A stretch of DNA of 64,000 nucleotides, from contig NW_026781956.1 of the NCBI RefSeq assembly GCF_031769215.1, positions 124,001 through 188,000 on the forward strand. The letters run 5' to 3'. This stretch comes from Ylistrum balloti. Lineage: Eukaryota. Positions 1 to 12,500 of this stretch are shown here, in pieces; the stretch's first letter is position 1, and each line of letters starts with the position of its first letter. A program made the position numbers and the translations under genes. The notes beneath the pieces were generated by a model. It saw only the letters and a program-made list of their open reading frames with translations, ran no database searches and was not told the DNA's origin.

Positions 1-418
1 CAGAAGTATCAGCAAAAACGAAATCTCACGAAAAAAAACAACAACAGAACAATGGTATCTATAAGTAATTCTTATCATTTCAATGCTGATTCTTCATATA
101 CAATGACAGAAGAATGAAATACGTTATTTGAGGTGCTAAAGTTTGTGGCATAATTTATATATCTGAGGCATGGTTTTAGGCTCTCAAGTCAATGATATTT
201 GCCCGGTGTGAGAAGATATATTTGAACTACTTTTTACACCGTGTTTTAAGCATATTTGTGATGATGTATTTCCTCGAATGGATTTGTCTTTTTCGAAATA
301 ATTTTTATATATGTATCTTAACAATTATTCATTACTTTGATGTTTGAATAATCAAGATTATTATAAAGACGTTTAAGAGATGCTATGTTGGTGTCTGTAA
401 CGATATGCAAATACTTAC

Positions 419-535
419 TGAAACATTCTTTTTCGGGGTTCCCTGTGAACCCTTTCTTGCAAACACATTCTTTCTTGCTACGATCATATTCCGCATTGAT
501 GCCGGTACATGAATTCGGACTATCTTTTTTGCAGT
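419..535 (-). CDS. EGF-like exon C (117 nt, phase 1-1): (D)CKKDSPNSCTGINAEYDRSKKECVCKKGFTGNPEKECF
   Basis: Acceptor ttgttacag|AC at 536/535 and donor TTCA|gtaagtat at 419/418. Open frame with 5 Cys spaced like the EGF-B exon. Not in the ORF track. Confidence 0.85.
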
Positions 536-3500
536 CTGTAACAATATAGAAAGTATAAATATATTATGATCGTTATTGTTAAAGCCTCAACTAAATATTG
601 GAGATATATGATATACCAACGAATTATGATAATATTCGTACATATTATAGATGAATCTATAGCATACAATGACAATACTTTGAAAACAGCAAGAATGGAC
701 ATAAGTAGTTTCTATATACAAACAATGACAAGAGACAACAGAGAGATCGACGCGACAAATTACATCTGATACAACAATAAGTGAAACGATATAGCAAGGA
801 AATTTTATGACAGCATAGCCAAACAGATTATAGATAAGGATGCAGAAGATGGACTCTCAAAATGTACCGTGAATGTTTTGTTATATAAGTATTACTTGAT
901 ATCAATTTCATTTAAAGATAAAAAAAAATCAAATTTGAAGCTAATTCCGTTTCCCAGATATTGTTATTTATCTTAAATATACATCTTTACTGAGTGTTGA
1001 TCAACCACATCTGTGACGTAACGAAACTCTGACAAAGCAGCTATTTAGAAATATACTTAGAAGCGTCCATCGTTATGCGATATACGAGCATTTAGCTACT
1101 TCTGTGACATATTCCGTTGATACTAACTTATGTAGGTCAAATTGCCACAATCATATAGAAATAACCTGAGTTTTTTTTTTATAATTTTATAGTTAGGAAA
1201 TTAGTTCCTATTATGTACTGTATTCGTGTGTCCAGACACACACATGCGAATGATATCTAAATCGATTCGAGTTTTCCATAATTCGTTTATTTATTGACTG
1301 TAAATATAATACTTTCTAAAATACCATTGATGCCTAGAAAATATTATGAACCAATTTTAAATTAATGAAAGAGTTACCCATCGCTTTCTTTACAAATGGA
1401 GAAAAAATATTGGAATTGAAATGAAACACACCAGCACAATAATCTGTATTAATAATGAGCAGCAATATGCTAAGAGTCAATAAAATTATTGCAAATTGAT
1501 TTTTCCTGTAAGATTAAGAAAAATCACATTTGATCAACAACATTGAATAATTTCCCTCCAAACTCGCTTAGACAAACTTATCATCACTACTCAGAAACCG
1601 TATCCAATGCTATTAGTCTTTGTTACGCTTATGTCGTCTGTTTGGATTGAATTTGAAATTCTGGCAAGTTTCATATAGCTGAATAACGTCTATATAATGT
1701 TATCGTTTGTATCATATAATTCTTAAAAAGTAAAATACATATGTATGAAATAACATGTTTTTCCCGGTTATTCCTTCCATATTTGCTGCTACTGATGGGG
1801 TGATATTCAATGGGAGTTACGATTATGTTTATTGATAGTAGAATGACAGGTGAAAATCGCACACCTAAAACGTAGGTATTGAGCTTGTCGATTTTGCTGC
1901 ATTTTTCAAAGCATTTTGATTTTTGACCATTTAGAAAAATGATATATTACTTCTTTATTCCATCACGGTACACTCCGAAAATGATATAAAGCGAGGCTTT
2001 GAATTTCCAACCCTGAAATGTATATCATTTCCATCGTTTCCACAAACTTCTAAAGGGCCTGTTTCCAGTAATGTTAATTCTCCATAGGAGCCTGCCCCCG
2101 TATAATTTCTTATCTAGCTCAACTACTGTTTTTTTTCTTTTCCGAAAAATAATTTTACACCTTTCCGACACCCAGATTTCATAATTTCAGTGAAAATGTA
2201 TTTTTATAAAGTTGTCAATTTCAGCATCAAAGACATAAGTTCGTAAATAAAAGAAAGTTATCTCGAAATTGTAATTCGCAACATAGTATAAATTTCTTTT
2301 GATAAATATTTCCAAAACATCGTGTTTATTCATAAAACATAAAAAAAAAATTCTCGGATGAAAATGCACTTGCAGAGACACAATTATGAAGAAAAATGCC
2401 ATAAATTTGCAATTTTCTCCCGTTATATAGTTTTGGATGCAAATTTCCATCAGAAAATCGGATAGAGCTTTACTTGTTTCATATGGGTATCAAAAATCAG
2501 CTAATTCCATGTGGTGGAACGTTCTCATATCGCCGCCTGAATGTGGTTGTAAATTGAAAGAAAAGGGGAAATGAGTAACAACCTTGTCTGAAACCCTATT
2601 ATATAGCTTATTATATACAAACTTTTATATTGAATATCAGGGCTGATATTTTCATGACAGTTTTATGATGTGTAAAAAAAAAAAAATAAAGTACTGTTTC
2701 CCCGTCTCGATCTTGATTACTTGAGAACCATTACGTGTGGAACGTATCAGATATCTCTGGCTCCTGGTTACATCGCCGGACATTTAAGTGATGACGGCGA
2801 CTATGATGTGTGGCTTTACCAGCACTCCCCAGACCTTCTCCGATGTCAAATACATTCTCGACACAAAAGCCAAACGAAATATAACGTTTGGATACGGTTC
2901 ACCGTTTCACCCGATGTTGAGGCCCAAATAAAGGACTACTACTGCCAGTGCCCAGTTGGAGAGAGAACGATGGGAATGTGTGCGCACATCTCCAGTATCT
3001 TGTACTACCTTGGGTATTACAGGACGCTGGAAAACCCTCGACCATTACAACCACAGGTAAAGAAATTCCGACAAAACTTGAAATAGTTTTCCATGCGGCA
3101 ACAACGTGCATATGTCGAAAGTATGTTTGGGGCTCGATATGAAAGATTCCCGTTACCATGTGACTAACCAAACTTATAAATATAGGTATTATACAATCGC
3201 CCGTAGCTATGAACACTCCCGTAAATGCGAAAACCAACCAAAATCATAAGGAACACGTTTTGTTTATTGTTCTGTCTATTTGTCAGCCAATGTCTTCAAC
3301 CACGGGAACTTGCGAAGTAGCCATCTCGGATTTTTTTATGAAAATGTGTTTCTCTCACCTTTTTTCATATCTGTGTACATATTCTCAACATACCAAGCAA
3401 ATACTCTCGTTTTTTTGTTAATTATCTAAAGAAAGTCGAAAATCGGCAATTCAACCATAGGCTAATTCAACCCAACATTTGAAAATGTTCCACCACTTAC

Positions 3501-6500
3501 ATTTTGATGATTTTTCCTCTCATCAATAGCATATTACGTACTATTTAATAGGATAAAAATTGGTTTGCATCCAACGCCCATAAAAGGGTGTATTCTCTAA
3601 AAAAAACACAGTTTTTGTGCCTAAAATGTTATCATCGAAAATGGCATTTTTGAGATTGTTTCTTTCATAAAAAAAGCCAAATGGCGCGATCGAAACATGA
3701 TTTTTGGTCACAATCATGCCATGAATGTATTCTTTACGGTGACTATCATTTGGTTAGATTTTCATTAATATTTTACATAACATGCACATTTTATCAACAC
3801 TTAGACAGCTTCTGAAAGGTACAACTTTGAGGAGTCATAAAAAACAAACCAAGTGACCTAAATCTTTATACTTTATAGATTTGTGACCACAACGGCATAG
3901 GCAATGCACCACCAACAAGAAATTTGAATCAGAGAAGGGGCCGTTTTGGAAACCAGCCCTTTCTATATTATAATATCAGGAGATTCAACACAGTCATTTA
4001 TCGCAAAGGTTTATGGCCTAACATTAGTATTGTAGCTTATCTACTCGAGCTGAATAAAATCCAAGTATCTTTAATCAAAATATCTTGATAAACTTTAGGT
4101 TATCGATTTATTCTTTGCAAATGAAAACCATCCTTAAATAACAGAGAAAGAAAAAACATCATAAAGGTGACCGATGATTCAAGAATAAAAAAATGATGGA
4201 GAGAATTGCGATCATATCCTTCCAGACTTCAAGAACTATAATCGGTAGAAGTACTTGAAAATGTGAGCGCTATTAACCGACTCAAGCCATCAACTACGCC
4301 GTCAAAAAAGTAATCCATGAGTGAAATATCTTCAAAACATCATACAATCTCCCTTTTTTGAATTGTAAGTACACCTCCAGATGACAAAGTGAATGGGAAC
4401 ACAAAAAGTCCAAGATGTTATGTTGGAAATCATATCATATTGAAGTATGTCTTACATCCTTATGGCGGCCGATTATTCCAGAGAAGAAACCATTATAAAA
4501 TAAAAGAATTGCAATCATTTCTTTGTGTTCGGCGATAGCTAGCTGTGTTATTTCCTTTCCCACATTCTCATTATTCATCCCTAAGAAAAAAACATCTTCT
4601 TGAAGAATTTAACATCACTGTATTCTTGGCGGTAACAAAAGAACTCCAGTAGCCAGATAATATTTAATTCTGAAACAAGTTCTCAAGAAATTCATTTTAT
4701 TTCCCTCATGCAAGGATATTAATCAAAGGGAAATAAAATAACGATTTCAAGAACACAGTAAAAAGTAACTTATATCACAAGTTCAAATGATGATCTCGAT
4801 TGAACAATGTCATTTCAAAAGAAGGAGTAATACGGTATTCAAAAACGTTTACATGACAATCACCACTTACCTTTAAATTTGACAATAAACTTTCCTCGAC
4901 AGCCTTCTTCGACATATATCAATTATTAAGAAATCAATCATTTTTTAAACACAAACTCCTTAATCAAATATTGATAACGTTGTCGGGGTATTATATCATT
5001 TTACAACAATTCAAAAATAAATGTCCCAGTGTAACATTCCAAGGGAAGTACAATGACCCTACTAAACACATACGATCGTCAACCATTTAACAAACGGCCA
5101 GGTTATGTTACGAATTGGACAGTATCATTTCAAAACAATACGATATTCATAATTCACAAGTCAACAATTTTCACACGCTAAACATATCTTACCTTCACTT
5201 TTGACTATAAATTTTCCCCGACACCCATCTTTGACATACATCTTGCCACGTTTAGTTACACCATAAGATTTTCCTTTAGCGCAAATACTCTCGGAATATT
5301 CCTTCGTTAACCTGGCTGAATGAATTGAGAATTTTGTCTCACAAGTGGCTCGCTGGAGGCCTTTACTGGAGCAAACAATGGTATCCTTGTGACATTCTGT
5401 AATAACAAATGTATTAACACATATATCATATGTTTAATTTGATATAGGCATTGATCAAATCATTTTCGTTATTCAATGTAAATGTAAAGTATTGATGTCT
5501 TAATTACTTATTTGCTCAATGAGCTAAAAAATTATGATAGGCTAATTTGGTGATATATGTATTGGAAAAGAACTCAGTTACACTTAAATGACAAGTGCTC
5601 GTGCAATAGCTCAGTAAACTACGTCGTAAACTATAATTGGTACGCAACTTGGTAAGCATTTTCATTGTCGTATGACATTAAAAAAGAGATAACAATTTGA
5701 TTAGAGAATTCACACTTGCGCAATATTCGGTATATACAATCACTCATCTGGTAAGAGAAGTTTTAAAAAAACCGCTGTTTTGGCTGTTTTAGAGAAATTG
5801 GTACCATATCACAGGCGCTAGGATTTTAAAACAGATGTTGTAATTCTAATCGTGAAGAAAAAGGTTATGGAAAATTGATAGGTTAAGGTGATTATCGAAA
5901 GGATGCTAGGGATCATTTTTTAAAAAAAAAACGCTATTTGGATGTTTTAGAGAAATTTGTACCATATGACAGGCAAAATGTGCATTTTACCAAAGGGAGC
6001 AAACATTTCAAACAATATTTCGTATCTTGCCACACAAATGTTTTGTGTAGCATGACATTAATTAAAAATTAAATAAATTTTATGTACAAAAAGTATTTTC
6101 TAGTGGAATGGGAGTTCCATAATACAGTGTAAGTGTTGTAAGCAATACACAAAGTGTCATTTCTTACACGGATAATGATTTCATATACAAGATTTGACTC
6201 TGTTGAAAAAAATACCTATAGAATATCGATATTCATCTCGTTTGAAAATATCACTTTATTCTGAATTATGAAGAAAATACGCATGGTGTCCAAAGAGAAC
6301 CAGAAACATAAATGTCATCTTTTGCATGTTCCACATGGTTTAGTGAACGAAGTAATTGCTCTAATTGGCCACTTCATTCGTGTCAAACTAACAGGTATTA
6401 AAAACGCACCATTATTGGGTATAGAAGGGTTTTTAATTACCTTGACCATATCGAAAGTTTCTCAACAGGTCTATGCAAACTTAAGGCTATAATTGTTCAT

Positions 6501-9500
6501 ATGATAAAATACAAAAATGTAATGAATTATCTGCTGCGACGAAGCATCAACTGACAGCATTGAATACCTTGAAATCATATTTTGTGTCCAAAAACCCGAA
6601 AAATCCCTTTTGACGAGCCCTGGCATGTGAGAAAACAAATTAACAATAATTACTTGTACAGTGTTTGCCGTTTCCTTGGTAACCTGGTAAACACACGCAT
6701 TGTTTCCGACCATCTTTTACATTACACTTTGCGGCTTTGTCGCAACCATTTCTTTCGTCTATCACGTTCATTGTTGGTACTGATGTTTTATTCCTTTGAC
6801 ACTGATACTCTTTTCTACAGTCGTCCGTGACATATTTGTCGCCAATCTGTTGCCAATTATACATATTACATTCACATCCCAAAATAGTTTCACTTCAGAG
6901 CACTCCAGTGATAAACCATGATCTTATCAAGTTATTAGATGCGATCTGAAATTATGTATCTATATAAGATCAATTACATTACTGACATAATTCGTGCAAA
7001 TGTTATTTATGTTATTTATTTTTCGACTTGAAATTAAATGTCAGTAAGAAATAAAATGGCAATTATCGCAAGATTTGTACATTTATACAAGTACATTTGA
7101 TAGACGAAATATAGTTTGGTTAACATCATATTGCAGAGAGACGAAACTTCATAGAACTTTACCTTGAAATAATGTCCATCAAGTGAACAGCCACAATCAT
7201 CCGCCTTAACGCACGTTAAATCATTGCGGACGTATCCCTCCTTGCAAACGCAGCCTTCAGTTGCTGGTAACCCACACACAAAATCGGGCATATCTGTTGG
7301 TTCTCCGCATGTGTCTTGACATGCCGCCACCTCGTGACTGTATTCTTCATTCTCGTTACATATCATCGCTTTCAAGACATAAAACAATTCGAACGTTGTC
7401 ATCAAATCGTCAAATTGTCTTTCGTTTAATTGTAATAAATGCATACTTAAAAGGACAACATATATACATTTATATGTCAGTCTTGGAAATATTTAAGTTA
7501 TAGAATTTTCGGGAAGATGCAGGAAACGACTGTATCTAATTTCGATGTACGAATATGTTTCAAACTCATGCCGTTTCGTTTCGACGTTTTCTCAGATTTT
7601 GAATTTTACTACCATATCGTTGTTACTGTATTTGACTTGTTAACAATGAACTGAGATAAACAAATATGAAGGAAGAAACTACAATACTCACGGCAGAACT
7701 TTGTGGTTCTCCACGACACTTGGATTCCATAATCTCCTAACGTAGAAACGAAGTCTTCGATAGATGAACAAGCAACTTTCGTTGCATCTGTTTTCATGTA
7801 AGCGCAAACATCAATGATGCAAGACGCAAGCGCTTCATCAGCGATGGCTTTCAAGTCTGGATTACGCTTTAAAATGTCCACAAATGGTCCCTCTTGTCCT
7901 CTTAATATCCCGCAATACTTACGTGACATTACGCTTTCTTTTACTTTGTCATTTGTACATTTCTCGAATGGATGACCATCACGTTTACAACTGAAAAAAG
8001 TATATCAAGTCACAGTGTTTTATGACGACGGGACCAAGAAATAAGTCTACTTAAGCATTGTTCGTTCAACATATATGATGAAATTTGGAGGGAAACTCAT
8101 ATATAATCCATTGTAAGAAATATCAATACTGGTAAATCAAAACACTTATTTATGGCTGATATTTAATAAATACATATCAAAATAAAGAGCTACGCGCTAG
8201 AGTTTAAATTTTGTGCAGTTGTGAAATGAAAAACACAAATGTTTGCTGAAATATCGTTCATAACACTCTAAACATTATGCAAAACATCGAATACAGAGGC
8301 TGAAATATTCTACAGTCGTTATAAAACGAAGCCTTTTTTAGATATGCATTCGCTTGTGCTACACTAGGGAGAGTCAGAAGGGTTTTATGTTCTGTTTGTC
8401 GCGGTCGACAGTCGAAATTCCCCTTTAAGTATACGCATGCAAAGACTCTAACGATCCCTGCGAAGGTCAGCATTCAAGCAATGTGTTATATGCTTTACAA
8501 AAGTATCATATTTATAAATCATGCATCGATGGACAGACAAAACATTTTTCTACTAACTTGCATGTGTGTCAAAGCCCTTGAAAGATTAAAACAACTAAGC
8601 TAAGTATCTCCACTCCTTTTCTTAACAACTTCACTGCAATGATCACCAGTATGGAATCCCTCTAGACTTATCTTTGTAAATCTACCTTGCCGCTAATCCT
8701 ACAAGATTTTACGTTTACATTACTTGTTTACATTACTTTATTTGTAAATATCACAAGTGCTGGACATTTACTCGGACACAGGCACCAATACAATCGTATA
8801 TGTAATACGTCACGCTATGGTGGCGAAACTCAGACGCGACGATTCCACAAGGTCAGTGCATTATATTTGTTATACGAAATCCGTTTTCTATTTGGAATTT
8901 TACCTTCAAAAGATAGGATGCTTGGCAAGGAATGAAAAATACTACGCATACCATGAAATAGTGTTTCGTTATATGATATAATTTATCTGTGTGTGCGTTT
9001 GATTAAATCTAATAGAATCGCGGTTCCTTTATAAAACGTTTTCCATACTGAATGCAATTTGCATATATTCTATCATTAGGATTGATGAGAGCATGGGTAA
9101 AACGGTAATTTTGTGTCAAATTGACCGATTTTCTTTTTAACCCTGTTTATTCCTACTGAAGGTGGGTATCACTCACACTTTATCTTTCTCAATGACTCTG
9201 TAGCTCTCTCCAATCAAGTTATATCGGTTTTTTTCTGTTGAGACGTCAGTTCCATCCTTCGTTCTATAGTCATCCCTTTTACCATTACAATCACCACATA
9301 TACCTTTCAAATGGCCACTATACGACTTGGGAACTTTGACTTTAACCCTGGATCGACCGTCCCACGTTATCGTATGATTACATTTCTTCGTTCTCAGTTC
9401 GACGGATTCACCTCTAATCATCAAGGATACACCGTTTTCGGTGAAAGGCAAACGAACCTTTAAATCATCCACCTATTCAACAGAAATACACATTTGAGTA

Positions 9501-12500
9501 AAATTATATCATGGCAGTCAGAGGCTGTTTTCTTTTCCTGACAATTAGATCCCTTTCAGATCTTAAAACATTTCCTTTTTTTACTCCTAACTGCTTCACT
9601 GAATCACAAATATTTACATAATGGGTGCAGTTGAAGAACCAGAAGAGGCTTACTTTTCTGAAACACATATAAACAAATATAAACTTTATTTATTTTACAA
9701 CAATTGCGAAACAAGTTATGTCAACTTATACTAATCATTCTTGTTGATCCGGATGTAAGCGCGCGAGGGGTCTTATAGGTGAAAGGCGAGTGCGTTACCA
9801 CTGCGCCACCCGACCACCCTTATTCTAATTCTCTTTATAGGTGTATAGGAATATTCGCCTAATTTTTTCTTTAGTTCATATTTTGTCCTAGTTTGATTTA
9901 ATTTGAATTTGGATTATGATTATGTAGACATGTTGGTATTTTCGTAATGTTTTTCGTGTTTAATTAAATTCTAACCTAGCCTTCAAGATTGTACAAAATA
10001 TATACAAGTTACTTGCACCCGTTCATACAAATTTAGAGTTAGATACGACAAAGCCAAACTCTTCAGTGATGCTATGGGCCTTAATTTTGAAGCTTAGGAC
10101 GCGACTAAGAAAAATCCAATGTGATCAAAGGAAATATCAAAATCTAGGTGGGGAAGTGCAATAAACTACTATTGCAACAAAGAAAATGTCATTTGCAAAT
10201 ATCTCATCTGATAATTTCATATCAATAGTAATACTAAAAAAGGTACCTAAGCCATGGAAATAACACTTATCAACCGAATCATGCGTCAACTAAAAGGTCA
10301 CAAAATGTAGTCTATAGGCCATATCCAGCGCTCAGAATAGCTCTCAATTACAGCTCTTTGTAAACATGTATATAAAAACACAAAAGTCTAAAATATTATG
10401 TTGGCATTTGTTTACGAATTGAAGTTGTCGAAGTCTACAAACAGCAAAGAAAACTGACATATACATTTTTTTAAATTAAAAACTCCAAATCGATCAAATC
10501 TGAGCATATGTTTACAAAAATGATTTATATACTTTAAAAAAATGCAAGAACGATACGACAAGGTATTCTGGGAGAAGGAGACACATATTCTGCTTCACAG
10601 ACGACACCCGTCTTATCAATTAAAGTTATCAATGTCACATTAACAAATGAAAACAAGGTTAACAGAACCGAAATCTTCGGACAAAATAGCAAGTATCGAA
10701 CACATCTAAGGACAGATGTCAGAAGGAAATTGAATTTTCATAATGACATCCTGATGATAAACGATAGTAATACCCTTGTTTCGACTTCTAATTTAATGAC
10801 GGGGGTTCGATTCACAGTTCATGAGTTCTGCGAACTACCATCCGCCCCTATAAAACTTATTAGCATAAAATGATAAAACCTGTTTCATAATCATTGCAAA
10901 GTATATAAAGTTTTACATTTTCTAGAGATCATTTCTTATTTTTTTATTAAAAGAATCACCAATATAACAGGAATGCAATGAGCTACGAGCAATAAGATAT
11001 CGTCTCAATAGAATATCTTCAGAAAGTTCAAGAATGCAAATAAAGAATTCGCTAAAACTTTATGAGTTTTATTTAAGGGAACTCAACATATGTTATTAAA
11101 CAGAGAGTCTTACACACTAGATGTCGTGAGAGTGATTTGCTGATGAGAATGTACTTTCATACTAACCTTAACCTTTTTTCCTGGCAGAAGGTAAATACGT
11201 TTGTTCAGGGTCTCAACATATACCAATTTAGTAAAAGATACATGCGTCTTTCCATAACGATGCTCGTTCTTCACCTCTACCTTGATTCTACAAAGGTCGT
11301 CTGGTTTTGTGGATTCCGTGAGAGTGTACCTACATGTTCCCATGAAGTGTATCATCTGACCGTCATAAGTTCTATAGTGAGGATCCCCGTACACAGAACA
11401 CATACATGACTCTAAACAGAACAAAAAAAAAAAAAAAAAAAAAACTTGGTGTTATGTGTGAACCGAACATCAAAGATCTCAAGATCCGTATGATCAAATT
11501 ACAATACAGAGTATAATATTTAGTTGTATTTCTTTAGAATTTATATACTGTTGTATATTATTGTATTGATACACGTGATTGTATATTTGAAACTGCTCTA
11601 AAGCTCCATCCATAGTCAACGTTGATAAATTAACGGATGAATTACCTTTTTCATAATTATTTACATTTGAATGCTAACATAGTTATTACTTGTAATCATT
11701 TGATGTGCTTTCTTAAAAAGGCCCGGGCCAGCATGTTGGATACAATATCCTACCTTCACAATTGTCGAAAGGATCCCCGAAGTATCCTTTTTTACAAGTA
11801 CATTTCCCTTTCTTTTTCTCGGCGTTTCGTCCACATGTATTTGAATCTCTGCATTTTTCTGAATGTGATTAAGTAATGCAATATTATATATAAACCACAC
11901 TGCACGGTCTTTGACATCATACATAATCATTTATCATGATTGAGGTCACATGATTTACCTGTCTGATTCAAGTTTGTGTACAGGAGTAATTTACTCTGTA
12001 CATTAACTGAAATTATATCCACGCTATATATACGTGAAATTACAACAACTGCATGTGGTAGTGTCACTAAAATTACTTTTAATATTTTCCAGAAGTGAAA
12101 CAGTTTCAGTTGCTCCCATGAAGTTTCATTTGCATTTAAAAAGTTCATGTATATGTGTTGGACATTTTCTTCACACCCACCTGGTTTTGTTACGTTGAAC
12201 AATCCACGGCATCCTTTCTTTACGAACAGAAATCTCCCTCTTAATCCAAACGTTTCTTTCTCTCTACAGCTTGCTTTGGAGTATTGTTTAACCAAAACCA
12301 CTTTTTTAAATCGTTCGCCCAGTGGACATCGTCGGAATCTCCGTTTGGTACTTTCACATGTGATTTCTCGGTCACAGTTAGGTGACGATTCTGTTAATTA
12401 TATCGGATTTAAAGATTTATTTCAAGTATGAAGAGGAAGTGTTGTGTTAATGTAGTTATTAATCCATACGTTAACATCTCAAACGGAAGATTGCAATAAT

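Noticed and set aside
4456-4580. Open 125-nt segment with a good acceptor (ttttcttag) and a gtaaga donor
   Set aside because: Its phase 1-0 is incompatible with the next exon at 535 (phase 1), and the peptide has no Cys or recognisable domain.
4694-4739. 13-bp perfect inverted repeat (attttatttccct ... agggaaataaaat)
   Set aside because: It is AT-rich, isolated and intronic, with no other supporting structure.
9654-9657. Apparent 4-nt micro-exon (tttcag|AAAA|gtaagc) in the VWD intron
   Set aside because: VWD1 and VWD2 already join in phase 0, 4 nt would break the frame, and the donor is weaker (gtaaac) in the other four units.
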